Shown here: piece by piece, positions 35,817-45,885 of the stretch
Numbering within the stretch: position 1 is the stretch's first letter
Layout: each line of letters begins with the position of its first letter
DNA from: an uncultured Candidatus Poseidoniales archaeon
GTDB lineage: Archaea; Thermoplasmatota; Poseidoniia; Poseidoniales; Thalassarchaeaceae
Reading direction: 5' to 3'
NCBI GenBank assembly: GCA_902511005.1
Contig: CABXDN010000006.1
Location: 7,846 to 71,845, forward strand
Length of the DNA stretch: 64,000 bases
The notes under the pieces: model-generated
What the model saw: the letters and a program-made list of their open reading frames with translations, nothing else
Told to the model about the DNA's origin: nothing
Database searches by the model: none
Translations under genes and position numbers: made by a program

Positions 35817-38615
35817 TCATTCACCTCTTTTCCTTCTCTCAGTGTGCAACCATGCACTTCCTGCTAAACGAGGTACTTCCAAATATTCTTTTGAGGGTAT
35901 TACAGTAACCTTCCAAGATTCATCAACCTCATCTGGAGGGATTGTGGGGTCCATTCCAAATAACGCTCCGTTATGGTAAGGTTTGATATCTGATTTTAGT
36001 CTCCTTTCCCTATCTCTTACAGAATGCCGTTCTGCTCTTTTTTCTAAAATATCTTGTAATTTTGAAATTTCCAGGCGAGGTGACGGTAAATCAGTAGGGT
36101 CATCGATTTTCAATTCCCTACATTTCTTTTCAATGTCTTTGTATAGCCTATCAGGTGTTATAGGAAGTTCATTACTTCGGACACCTATTGCATCATAAAC
36201 CGCATTACAAACTGCAGGCAAAATAGGTAAAAGAGGCCCTTCACCTGCTTCCTTAGCTCCGAAAGGGCCCTCTGGGTCATTTGATTCTACAATTATTGGC
36301 GTCACTTCTGGCATTTCATGTATACTTGGAATCTTGTAATCTAGAAGATCTGTATTCATTAAATTACCAGTTCTTCCATATCGCATTTCTTCAGATAAAA
36401 CTTGCCCCATACCCATATGGCAAGAACCAATTATCTGTCCCTTAACTGCAAGTGGATTCAATGCCTTACCGCAATCATGTGCTGCCCAGACTTTCTCAAC
36501 TTTTGTCTGACCAGTCTCTACATCAACTTTCACTTCTGCAACATATGCAGAGAATGAATAAGCAGGCGCTAAACCTGCTGCTGCACCTTTGTGGGCACGG
36601 CCCATTGGCGGGGTTCTATAAGCGCCCGAAGCGACTAATGCCCCTATCTCTTCTTGTGCTTTATGCAATGCTTCTAGGTATGATACGCCGACTGCCGGGT
36701 CATCCTTTCTGAAAATTCTTCTATCTCCGATTACTAATTTTTCTACTGGTGCATCTGTAATCTTTGAAGTCGCATTAAGTAAATCTTCTCTGATTTTCAT
36801 TGCCGCTGATATTGCTGCATTTGCATTCATGAAAGTAACTCTGGAAGAATATGATCCTAAATCTACTGGAGAAGTATCGGTCTCTCTAGATTTTATTCTA
36901 ATCATATCAAGTGGTAATCCAAGTACTTCTGCAACCGACTGTGCAACTACAGTATCTGAGCCCTGTCCAATATCAGCAGCACCTGTATGTACTGTCACCC
37001 CTCCATCCATGTCAATTTTCAGATGTACAGTTGCATGAGGGAATTTATTTGGGTCCCAATGTATAGGTAATCCACTCCCCGAAATGAAGAAACCACATCC
37101 TATACCTATTCCGTGTCCTAATGGCATTTTTCTAAATTTATCTTTCCAACCAGACTCTTCCATTACTCGTTCTAAACATTCTCTCATGCCAATGCTTGTT
37201 ACCCTAAAACCAGTTATTGTAGCAGAATTTGGTGGTAGTAGGTTTGCCAATCTAAATGAAATCGGGTCTACTTGTAGTTTTTCAGATAGGTCGTCTATTC
37301 CAACCTCTACTGCACACCTAGAATTTACAGCGCCATGCCCTCTCATTGCTCCACTTGCTGGTTTGTTTGTCCAAACTCTCGCTCCTGTGTAATGAAATGC
37401 GCCAATTTCATAAGGTGCTGTATGTAATACTCCATTATAGTACGTAGTAACATGACCGAAAGAGGCAAATGCTCCGCCATCAATAAGAGCATCAGTCTCA
37501 ATACCGCAGAGTCTTCCTTTCTTATCTGCATGCAGATTCATTTCGATATGAGATGGGTGTCTCCCCCTATTTATCCAATATACTTCTTCTCGGTCAAATG
37601 TAATTCTTACCGGTCTACCAGATTTTCTAGCTAATATTGAAGCACACATTTCATGTGGAAATGGATCTGATTTACCTCCGAACCCTCCTCCTACAAATGT
37701 CCTATGCACATTTATCTGATGCATGGGTATCTCTAGTACATCTGCTAATGCTCTGTGTACATAATGAGGTACTTGTTGCGGCGTGTATAGTGTCAATCTA
37801 CCTGATGGGTCCCAATCAGCAACTACTGCATGTGGTTCTGTAGCGGCATGATTTACGCCATTGAAAAACCAATTATTTTTATGACTAACAACTGCATTTT
37901 CTTGCATAGACTCTACATTTCCAAACTCTTGAAAAACTCTCTTTTGAACATTCGCTTCACCGATATGGTATTCCCCTCTGTCATGAATGGGATATTTTGA
38001 GTCTTTGAGGCCATCTTTCATGTCATGTATCGATTCTAAAATCTCATATTCAACATCAATTAGTCGCACTGCTTCCAAAGCTGTAGCCTCATCTTCTGCT
38101 GCAACACATGCAACTAAATCTCCGATATGCCTTACTTTTTCTACTGCCATAGCGTGTTCATCCTTAGTTACCGGAAGGACGCCAAACTTGTTGCTTGCAT
38201 CATCTCCAGTTGCTATAGATACCACACCCGGTAATTCTAATGCTTTAGATAAGTCAATAGACAATACTTTTGCATAATGATATGGGGACCTTACTATTTT
38301 ACCTATTAATTCATTTGATAATCTTATGTCGTCACCATATTTTGCCCTACCTGTGACTTTCCATTTACTATCGATGAGTGATGTTGGTTTGCCTACTATC
38401 CTTCCTGTAATCAATTTATCATGCCTATGGTCGCCCCAAGGTTGCTCTTTTTGCCCTCCTTGACTTTCAGGAATCATTTCTTCATCTCGAGGTTCGCTGA
38501 ATGGGCTTTTCCCGCCGGAACCAGGTCTAGAAAAAGAGATTTTACCTGGTTGCTGTCTGTAGCCAACCATCTCTTTCTTTTCTTTTTCAGTCATTAAAAA
38601 TCCCTCATTCATCAA
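35817..38615 (-). CDS. molybdopterin-binding large subunit of an aldehyde oxidase/xanthine dehydrogenase-family enzyme, with N- and C-terminal extensions
   Basis: FVGGGFGGKSD and GAMRGHG motifs and typical a/b-hammerhead and MoCo-binding blocks. A roughly 70-aa Lys/Gly-rich N-terminal and a roughly 110-aa C-terminal extension lie beyond the canonical end. Confidence 0.85.
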   Translation of the reverse strand: MMNEGFLMTEKEKKEMVGYRQQPGKISFSRPGSGGKSPFSEPRDEEMIPESQGGQKEQPWGDHRHDKLITGRIVGKPTSLIDSKWKVTGRAKYGDDIRLSNELIGKIVRSPYHYAKVLSIDLSKALELPGVVSIATGDDASNKFGVLPVTKDEHAMAVEKVRHIGDLVACVAAEDEATALEAVRLIDVEYEILESIHDMKDGLKDSKYPIHDRGEYHIGEANVQKRVFQEFGNVESMQENAVVSHKNNWFFNGVNHAATEPHAVVADWDPSGRLTLYTPQQVPHYVHRALADVLEIPMHQINVHRTFVGGGFGGKSDPFPHEMCASILARKSGRPVRITFDREEVYWINRGRHPSHIEMNLHADKKGRLCGIETDALIDGGAFASFGHVTTYYNGVLHTAPYEIGAFHYTGARVWTNKPASGAMRGHGAVNSRCAVEVGIDDLSEKLQVDPISFRLANLLPPNSATITGFRVTSIGMRECLERVMEESGWKDKFRKMPLGHGIGIGCGFFISGSGLPIHWDPNKFPHATVHLKIDMDGGVTVHTGAADIGQGSDTVVAQSVAEVLGLPLDMIRIKSRETDTSPVDLGSYSSRVTFMNANAAISAAMKIREDLLNATSKITDAPVEKLVIGDRRIFRKDDPAVGVSYLEALHKAQEEIGALVASGAYRTPPMGRAHKGAAAGLAPAYSFSAYVAEVKVDVETGQTKVEKVWAAHDCGKALNPLAVKGQIIGSCHMGMGQVLSEEMRYGRTGNLMNTDLLDYKIPSIHEMPEVTPIIVESNDPEGPFGAKEAGEGPLLPILPAVCNAVYDAIGVRSNELPITPDRLYKDIEKKCRELKIDDPTDLPSPRLEISKLQDILEKRAERHSVRDRERRLKSDIKPYHNGALFGMDPTIPPDEVDESWKVTVIPSKEYLEVPRLAGSAWLHTERRKRGE

Positions 38616-39201
38616 ATCCAGGGTTTGGATTACTCTTAGGTTCCGTAGAATTATCGATATTTTGTCCTGAGTTTAATAATTCACTTGCTGCTCTGACGGA
38701 GTCAACAATCTGTTGATAACCTGTACATCTGCATAGGTTCCCCTCAATTGCTGTTTTAATCTCAGAATCGCTAGGGGATGGATTTTCATCTAATAAAGCA
38801 GAGATTACCACTAAAAAACCAGGTGTACAGAATCCACATTGACTGCCTCCATATTCTCCGAACATTTCTTGAATAGGATGTAGATGATGGCCGTCTGCTA
38901 ACCCTTCGACGGTTGTGATTTCGCAGTCGCTGACTTCTTGAGCTAGAACAAGGCATGAAAGTTTTGGTTTTCCGTTAACTAATATCGAACAACAACCGCA
39001 AGTACCCATGTCACATCCTCTTTTTACACCAAGAGTCCCAACTTGATCTCTTAAAACATCAAGGAGTATTGCATTGCTTTCAATTGGTTTGGCAATTAGT
39101 TTGCCATTTATGGTTGCTTTCCAAGGTATTTTTTCCGACCCCGGGAGCATTGGAAGACGTATGACACTCATGCTAACAACGTCACCACAAGGGGTTTCCA
39201 T
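38605..39201 (-). CDS. [2Fe-2S] small subunit of the molybdenum hydroxylase (CoxS-like)
   Basis: GCDMGTCGCCSILVNG (plant-type cluster) plus CGFCTPGF and CRCTGY (second cluster). Confidence 0.9.
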   Translation of the reverse strand: METPCGDVVSMSVIRLPMLPGSEKIPWKATINGKLIAKPIESNAILLDVLRDQVGTLGVKRGCDMGTCGCCSILVNGKPKLSCLVLAQEVSDCEITTVEGLADGHHLHPIQEMFGEYGGSQCGFCTPGFLVVISALLDENPSPSDSEIKTAIEGNLCRCTGYQQIVDSVRAASELLNSGQNIDNSTEPKSNPNPGFDE

Positions 39202-39229
39202 TTTAGCATTCGGTTCAAGACTTTCTGAC

Positions 39230-39880
39230 TTAGTTCAAATCATTGAATATTTTTTTCATTATTTCAACTTCTGCTCTTCGTATATGTTCGCCATATGTGC
39301 TTCTAGCCATTTCCATCTCATCTGCAAGTTGTTTTAGCGTTACATTTCTATCCATACTATAGAACCCCTTCCTTATTGCATGAGATAATACTTCTACTTG
39401 CCTTTCAGTAAGAATCGTTTTCCAAACATTATCATTATTTTCTTTCTGAAATGTTTGAACCGAAATATTATCAGGAGGTAAAACAATTCTGATTAGTTGA
39501 ATAAATCTTCTAACTGAGTTTGATAGTCCCGAAATTCTCATCTCCATCCCATTTTTTTCAGAAATACCATAAGGTGGGTGGATATGAATATTAGATAATT
39601 CTATTGCAGTAACGGCTAAGTTATGATTGCAGAAAAGACTAATCAAAACGCCATCTTCATTTTCTTCATGAACTTTTATAACTTCAAAGTTATCTAAATC
39701 ATTGAATTCTTCAATCTTTTTCCCTTCTTTCAATTTAACTTCAGCTAACTGAGTTACTCCCTGATCAGTAATTGAAAGATGTCCTAAAATTTCTATTCTT
39801 TCACAAATTTCTAAAATCCCTGAAATTTCTTTCGAACCACGCAAAGAACTGGTCTTCCATCTTAGAATGACCCTACGCAT
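39230..39880 (-). CDS. HTH_10 (bacterio-opsin activator-type) transcriptional regulator
   Basis: C-terminal LTERQVEVLSHAIRKGFYSMDRNVTLKQLADEMEMARSTYGEHIRRAE is the archaeal HTH_10 signature. Confidence 0.7.
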   Translation of the reverse strand: MRRVILRWKTSSLRGSKEISGILEICERIEILGHLSITDQGVTQLAEVKLKEGKKIEEFNDLDNFEVIKVHEENEDGVLISLFCNHNLAVTAIELSNIHIHPPYGISEKNGMEMRISGLSNSVRRFIQLIRIVLPPDNISVQTFQKENNDNVWKTILTERQVEVLSHAIRKGFYSMDRNVTLKQLADEMEMARSTYGEHIRRAEVEIMKKIFNDLN

Positions 39881-39924
39881 AATAGTATGCAGTGCCTTTG
39901 TCTTATTGAATCCGCCGATACTGA

Positions 39925-41139
39925 CTAATTCCAGTACGACTCTCTAATTTGTTGATTTGTTTCCATACATGTAGTTACATCAGAAGGTCTGTTAGGTTGT
40001 GCACTCATGCCATTAAGATGATTGATGATTGGCTGTACGTTTGATTCGTTAACAACTCCCCATCCAAGTTGTGTACAAGGGGCTACAGGAGATACGGGGG
40101 TTGTTCCTGACAATGGGTCCCATGTGCTGAATGAGGGATACCAAGCAGAAAGATTCAGTGCATCTCTTATTTGTGCTTGTGAAATATTTAGGTTATTTCC
40201 ATTAACTAAGAAACCACCTCTTGTATCCGGACTAGCGCCAGAAGAGTAATCTCCTGTTTCTGTTCTAAGTTGTTGGATAATTTTTGATAGAAGCCCGGCA
40301 GTCCTAGGTGTCGCAAAAGAAGTACCACTAGTTTCATGATAGCCATCAATGTCATCATGATTTGGTAATACTTGAGTCCAATCTGCTGCTATGTCAGGAT
40401 ATGAACCACTCATAGTTTCTTTCTGATCATCGCCTTCTTCAGCATATCCTGAGATACCTATACTCCAAGGCGGACCTGCTGTAGAATCTTGAACTGCTGG
40501 TGACGGGGAATTATCGGCAGCACCTGTATGAATTTTCTTTTCTTGGACTACTGCAACTTTTGTTGCATCTTCAATACCTGGCACTGGTATTGAACCAATA
40601 GGTCCGAAACTTGTTGTTATTATGTCTACCAATGGTTGATTTGCTGCAGCTAGTACTGCAGCATCGCTGAATCCTTCGACAAAGAATATTATTGCATCTG
40701 GATTCGCATCTAATACAGCCCCTGTGACGGCTGACCCATGTCCATCTGAGGGGTCATCAAGTATTGGTATATCCGTTTCATCATCTGGTGTGGTGCCTAT
40801 TATCTTTGTACCAGGAAAATATACGATATCTGTTGAATTTATGATGTCCCAACATGCTTCTTTATCGGCATCATATCTTTCTTGCCAGGTTCCTACAAAT
40901 GTTAGTTCACAAGTCATTGTGACTCCTAATCCTTCTAGCAGCCACTGTGGATAAGTTTCATTTGTTCTAAAATGGTCATGATATACATTAATTCCAGTAT
41001 CAACTGGTGCAACAACCGAATAAGTTCTAAAGTCATATTCTGTTTCAATAATATCGTCCTTTTCAACTTCGTTAGCCAAACATCCACTAAATGATGCTAG
41101 TGTCATTACTAACACAAGAGCCACAGTCAGATTCTTCAT
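39925..41139 (-). CDS. subtilisin-like (S8) serine protease lipoprotein
   Basis: Lipobox FSGC. Catalytic triad contexts DTGINVYHDHF, GHGSAVTG and SGTSFATPRTAG. Confidence 0.8.
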   Translation of the reverse strand: MKNLTVALVLVMTLASFSGCLANEVEKDDIIETEYDFRTYSVVAPVDTGINVYHDHFRTNETYPQWLLEGLGVTMTCELTFVGTWQERYDADKEACWDIINSTDIVYFPGTKIIGTTPDDETDIPILDDPSDGHGSAVTGAVLDANPDAIIFFVEGFSDAAVLAAANQPLVDIITTSFGPIGSIPVPGIEDATKVAVVQEKKIHTGAADNSPSPAVQDSTAGPPWSIGISGYAEEGDDQKETMSGSYPDIAADWTQVLPNHDDIDGYHETSGTSFATPRTAGLLSKIIQQLRTETGDYSSGASPDTRGGFLVNGNNLNISQAQIRDALNLSAWYPSFSTWDPLSGTTPVSPVAPCTQLGWGVVNESNVQPIINHLNGMSAQPNRPSDVTTCMETNQQIRESYWN

Positions 41140-41179
41140 TAAGTAGCCGAGAGATGACTTCTTTTTCAGTTCTCCGTAT

Positions 41180-42010
41180 CTATGATTTTTTCTCTAATAG
41201 TAATATTTCTGCACACACAGCCAATCCAATTTCTTCTGGCGTTTCAGCACCTATGTCTATTCCTATTGGACATCTTGCTGATTCGAACCATTCTTCATTT
41301 ACGCCATAATTTATGGCGGCTTTTTTGAAAGCTTTCCATTTTGATTTTGAACCGATTGCACCAATCCTAGGTCTCATTTGTTCTCCTCTAATTGTAAGAG
41401 ATTTCAATAGAAGTTCTTGATCTACAGACCAATCATGACCAAGTAATAGAATATCAGAGAAACGTTGTATTGATTCATTATTCTCAGAATTAAGAAAATC
41501 TTCCACACTTGCTGAAATAGTATCTATGGCGAATGGATATTTTTCTGGATTAGAGTATTCACTCCTTACATCAAATATTGAATAATCCCAACCTAAAGAA
41601 TCAGCTACTAGAGCAACACATCTACCTACGTGGCCCCCACCAGCAATCAATATGTGTGGTACTGGTTCAATCACTTCCATACTCACTGTCACCTGTCCCC
41701 CACATAGGCTGTCAAGGGCTGTCACTTCTTTTCCCTTCGCATCTTTGTATAGCTGAAATATCTCTATTGAGCCCCCTTCCTTACGACTTAATTTCGAGTC
41801 TTTATTTAACAACCTCTTCAAATTATTTTGAATTCTCAATTCTAAGCCTGCACCTCCTACGGTTCCAAAATTTTGGTTGTCAGAAGTTACTGCTAGTTTC
41901 GCTCCTGGTTTTCCCGGAACACTTCCTTTAGCTGAGATTACTGTGGCTATAGCAACTCTTTTTCCAAGCTTTACCTGTTTCAAAGACCATGCTAGGACTG
42001 AAACAGACAT
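41180..42010 (-). CDS. XdhC/CoxI-family molybdenum hydroxylase maturation factor
   Basis: ATVISAKGSVPGKPGAKLAV N-terminal motif and Rossmann-like ILIAGGGHVGRCVA. Confidence 0.8.
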   Translation of the reverse strand: MSVSVLAWSLKQVKLGKRVAIATVISAKGSVPGKPGAKLAVTSDNQNFGTVGGAGLELRIQNNLKRLLNKDSKLSRKEGGSIEIFQLYKDAKGKEVTALDSLCGGQVTVSMEVIEPVPHILIAGGGHVGRCVALVADSLGWDYSIFDVRSEYSNPEKYPFAIDTISASVEDFLNSENNESIQRFSDILLLGHDWSVDQELLLKSLTIRGEQMRPRIGAIGSKSKWKAFKKAAINYGVNEEWFESARCPIGIDIGAETPEEIGLAVCAEILLLEKKS

Positions 42011-42069
42011 GAACCTGTGAGAAGGTTCTACTCTTCTTGATTTCGCTAATACAATTCACAATAATATAA

Positions 42070-42657
42070 TTATTTAATCATATTTTTTAGTATAGTTATG
42101 TCTTCTGGGAAATCAATATTCAAATGTAAATATTCGTCTTCCACTTCTATTTTCGATGGATTAATTAAATCTCTTAATGGAGTTGATGGTTGACTTGATA
42201 GAATTCTATCGCAATCTTCTTTTGTCAAAGCTACGGGGTGGCCTCCTTTCCCATTTTTACTGGGGCATGTTGTAATATCTGATTTGATTAATCGTTTGAG
42301 AGTCTGATCTGAGAAACCAGGTCTATCGATTGGTACAATTATACATCTTTTACCTTTAATTTCTCTTAGTCCACATTGTATACTCCCTGTTCTACCATTT
42401 TCAGGTTTTGGATTAATAACAACTTTCTCGCCAAAAGATTTCAGATATTGTTCTAAATTTGAGCGTGTAACTATGATTATATCTAGATTATGTTTTTTCA
42501 ATCTTTTAATTATTATTTCAGTCAGAGTTTCCCCATTAATCTCAACAAGTGCCTTGGGTTGACCTAATCTTTCACTAGCACCTGCTGCAAGTATTATTGC
42601 ATTTTTTAATTGCAAATTAATCACTGCTTTCATCATGGGAATCAATAACTTCTTCAT
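42070..42657 (-). CDS. MobA/MocA-like molybdenum cofactor nucleotidyltransferase
   Basis: AIILAAGASERLGQPKAL N-terminal NTP-transferase motif. The true start is probably internal (M8/M9), because the listed start overlaps the upstream protease gene by 41 nt. Confidence 0.72.
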   Translation of the reverse strand: MKKLLIPMMKAVINLQLKNAIILAAGASERLGQPKALVEINGETLTEIIIKRLKKHNLDIIIVTRSNLEQYLKSFGEKVVINPKPENGRTGSIQCGLREIKGKRCIIVPIDRPGFSDQTLKRLIKSDITTCPSKNGKGGHPVALTKEDCDRILSSQPSTPLRDLINPSKIEVEDEYLHLNIDFPEDITILKNMIK

Positions 42658-44632
42658 CCTGTTTTTTTACTAAGTTATCAAAAGAAGAAAAATCCTCATA
42701 TTCTTCCTCTCCCCAAAATCCTGTTTCTTTTAGTTTCACAGTTGCGATTGTTAAACCAGCAAATAAAATTAATACTAAAGCAGATAACAACCCGATTATT
42801 ATAGTTGAATTACTCGAAGAACTATCTTCAGAACTTATTTTTTCTTCACCTATGATTTGTATATCGACTGCTAAGTTAGTTGACGATTTTTCATTCGTAA
42901 TTGCTCTAACTAATAGTACTTGATCCCCTTCTACCGTATTATTAGGTAGATATTGTAATCTATCTACGAGTAATGAATGAGTTACTGTGAATGTCGTATC
43001 ATCGACATCAAAACCAGCGAGATCCATCCAATTATCTCTCATATCCCATGTTCTCCATTGAATTCTTGTAGCTCCTCCTTCAACATTAAACTGAACTCCC
43101 TCTTCTTGATTTAGGAGAACTCTATTATCCCTATCATAATCGCTAGCAAGAGTAATATTCAGTGTCAAAGATAATTCATAAACTTTGTTCGCTGCTTCCA
43201 TTACTGATGGTACTGAATTTACATGTCCATGTCCGTAAACGTTGTTTTGTCTATTTTTAGGGATATTATCTTCAGCACAGGGTTCATTTGCAAACATGTA
43301 GTCGCATCTTCGATAAGTTGCAGTTTCTTGCATGATATTTCTAATGTCAAATGGCGATAAGTCGGGGTTCGCTTGATACATTAATGCTGCTAATCCTGCA
43401 GCACCAGGTGTAGCCATACTAGTTCCGGACTTACTTGTGTAACCATCAACTGTGTTAAAATCAGGTGCCATGACACTACTTCCAACAAATGCTATGTTCG
43501 GTTTTACTCTCCCTTCTTCAGTCGGTCCTTGACTTGAGTAAACCGCTATTGCAGTATTTTTATCTAGAGCGCCTACAGTAATTACGTCTTCAGCAGAACC
43601 GGGTGTGCCTATCTGTGCACTAAAAGCGCTATTTCCTGCCGCTATGAAAAGTGCTACTCCTTCCCTCATCATCTCATTACCCATTCTGTTAACCGATTCT
43701 TCTTCCGAAGAAGTCCACTCAATAGCTCCAGGACCACCCAAGCTCATACTTGCTGCACGTATGTTGAATATGTGTCTCTTTTCAACAGTCCACTCCATAC
43801 CAGCCATAACAGTTGCGAATGAACCCGAACCCCCCGAATCTAGTACCTTCACTCCCACTAATTGCGCCTTAGGAGCTACTCCCTTATACTGAAAATCAGG
43901 TGCCCCTGTGCCAGCAGTTATTCCAGCACAATGTGTCCCATGTCCTTGGTCATCATATGCTTTAATTTCAGTGCCATTTGTCAATTCTGGAGAATTAACG
44001 GCGTCATAAAATGCAATTACTTTTGTGTCATTAGTGTAGTTTGAATCATCAATATCGTCTAAACCTACATGATCGCTATCTATCCCAGTATCAATTATTG
44101 CTACTACGCTCCCTGCCCCAGTATATCCGGTCTCTTCCCACACCTGAGTTACGTCATGAACCTCATTCACATCGTTCATTTGTATTTCTAGTCGGCCATC
44201 AAGTTCTACGAAAACAACTCCAGGTAATTCGATAATTTTTGGAATTAAATTTATATTTACTTTACCTGCTATACTATCAATAAGCCAATACCTGAATTGA
44301 ACTTCAAAGAGTACATTTTTTTCAAGCATTAATTCGTCTTCAATAGTAGGCGTGTGATCAAAATCTACAATTACACTTATCATATTATTTTCATCTAAAT
44401 ACTCATATCTGTTGTTCTCTGCTGCTATCCATATGGCATCATGTATGTAGTCATTATTCTCATCCATATTCGTATTTTCCCACCAAAGGACTTCATCTAC
44501 TTGATTATGAACTAATTTATCATTTTGTAATGGTACAGCACTAGACAATACTGGAAGTAGCATTAATCCCAGAATCATTATTGCAGTTAATCTCTTCAAC
44601 AAACCAACCCTATTGCGCATATTCACATACAT
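42617..44632 (-). CDS. subtilisin-like (S8) serine protease with C-terminal TM anchor and acidic tail
   Basis: Signal peptide. DTGIDSDH, GHGTHCAG and SGTSMATPGAAG. C-terminal helix IIIGLLSALVLILFAGLTIATV. Confidence 0.85.
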   Translation of the reverse strand: MYVNMRNRVGLLKRLTAIMILGLMLLPVLSSAVPLQNDKLVHNQVDEVLWWENTNMDENNDYIHDAIWIAAENNRYEYLDENNMISVIVDFDHTPTIEDELMLEKNVLFEVQFRYWLIDSIAGKVNINLIPKIIELPGVVFVELDGRLEIQMNDVNEVHDVTQVWEETGYTGAGSVVAIIDTGIDSDHVGLDDIDDSNYTNDTKVIAFYDAVNSPELTNGTEIKAYDDQGHGTHCAGITAGTGAPDFQYKGVAPKAQLVGVKVLDSGGSGSFATVMAGMEWTVEKRHIFNIRAASMSLGGPGAIEWTSSEEESVNRMGNEMMREGVALFIAAGNSAFSAQIGTPGSAEDVITVGALDKNTAIAVYSSQGPTEEGRVKPNIAFVGSSVMAPDFNTVDGYTSKSGTSMATPGAAGLAALMYQANPDLSPFDIRNIMQETATYRRCDYMFANEPCAEDNIPKNRQNNVYGHGHVNSVPSVMEAANKVYELSLTLNITLASDYDRDNRVLLNQEEGVQFNVEGGATRIQWRTWDMRDNWMDLAGFDVDDTTFTVTHSLLVDRLQYLPNNTVEGDQVLLVRAITNEKSSTNLAVDIQIIGEEKISSEDSSSSNSTIIIGLLSALVLILFAGLTIATVKLKETGFWGEEEYEDFSSFDNLVKKQDEEVIDSHDESSD

Positions 44633-44691
44633 CCGTCAAAGAACTTAGACTTGAATCAAACGGTTATTTGATTTCTTTATTCTGTATTTGT

Positions 44692-45855
44692 CTAAATGTC
44701 TTGTAGCATCTCTCTGCTTATGATTAATCTTTGAATTTGGCTAGAACCTTCAAATATTTGTACTACTTTTGCTCCTCTCATTCTTCTAGCAACCGGATAT
44801 TCTTCAGAGTACCCATATCCTCCGAATATTTGTACCGCATCTGTAGTAATTTCCATAGCCATATCTGCTGAGAATCTTTTTGCATGAGCAGCATCTAGTG
44901 TATTTCTTTTTCCAGAATCAGCTTTCAAAGCCGCCTTCCAGACAAGCATTCTTGCAGCTTCTATTTTTGTTGCCATGTCGGCTATCATAAATGAAATGGC
45001 TTGATGTCTAATAATAGGTTTATTGAATGCGTTTCTTTCACTTGCGTAATTAATGGCTTCTTCCATTGCTCCTCTTGCATTTCCTACTGCATGAGATGCA
45101 ATACTTGGTCTCGATAAATCAAAAGCCTTCATAGCATTCATCCAACCATCATTTTCTTTACCTCCTATTAAATTTTCAACAGGGACTCTTACGTTATTGA
45201 ATGTAACAGACCGCGTGTCAGAACAGCGTTGACCCATATTTTCTTCTTTCTTACCTAATTCCACTCCCTCTAGATGCGCCTCAACAATGAAACCACTCAT
45301 CCCCTTGTATCCCGCCTCTTTATTTGTGTAAGCTAATACGAAAAACCAGTCTGCATATCCTGCCCCTGTAATCCACATTTTTTGCCCATTAATGATATAT
45401 TCATCTCCCTGCCTGACTGCTTCAGTTTTAATTGCCTGAACATCACTGCCAGCTCCTGGTTCGGTAACACAATATGCGGCAATTTTACCCTCAGTAACCA
45501 TTCGAAGATACTTTTCTTTCTGCTCTTCAGTACCTCCCGTGATTATTGGATAAGATGCTAGCATTGAACTACCCGATGCAGTAGCAAATCCAGGGTCTCC
45601 GCAACCTAACTCTTCGAGAACAATTGCTTCTTCAAAAGATCCCATTCCTCCACCACCATATTTTTCAGGTATTTTGAGAGTCAATAATCCTAATTCATTA
45701 GCCTTAGATATAGCCTCTCTAGGGAAAGTACTGTCGCGATCCCAAGATGCAGCATTTGGCTTAATTTCTTCATTAGCAAAATCACGTGCCATTTCTCGCA
45801 ACATAAGTTGCTCATCGCTCAATTCTAAGTTAACCATGATGCCCGCAAGAAGCAT
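44692..45855 (-). CDS. acyl-CoA dehydrogenase
   Basis: YCVTEPGAGSD, QIFGGYGY and the catalytic-base context IFEGSSQIQRL. Confidence 0.9.
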   Translation of the reverse strand: MLLAGIMVNLELSDEQLMLREMARDFANEEIKPNAASWDRDSTFPREAISKANELGLLTLKIPEKYGGGGMGSFEEAIVLEELGCGDPGFATASGSSMLASYPIITGGTEEQKEKYLRMVTEGKIAAYCVTEPGAGSDVQAIKTEAVRQGDEYIINGQKMWITGAGYADWFFVLAYTNKEAGYKGMSGFIVEAHLEGVELGKKEENMGQRCSDTRSVTFNNVRVPVENLIGGKENDGWMNAMKAFDLSRPSIASHAVGNARGAMEEAINYASERNAFNKPIIRHQAISFMIADMATKIEAARMLVWKAALKADSGKRNTLDAAHAKRFSADMAMEITTDAVQIFGGYGYSEEYPVARRMRGAKVVQIFEGSSQIQRLIISREMLQDI

Positions 45856-45885
45856 TCAGACTTAGCAGTTCGCCTCTTATCAATT

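Noticed and set aside
35816-35857. 41-nt overlap between the Mo-hydroxylase large and FAD subunit genes as listed in the ORF track
   Set aside because: An internal Met (MKMPPF, start codon at 35815) gives a non-overlapping, more typical start. The overlap is probably an artefact of longest-ORF calling. The same logic applies at ribE/ribL (53238..53261) and to the TTG starts at 12769, 21733, 55449 and 58164.
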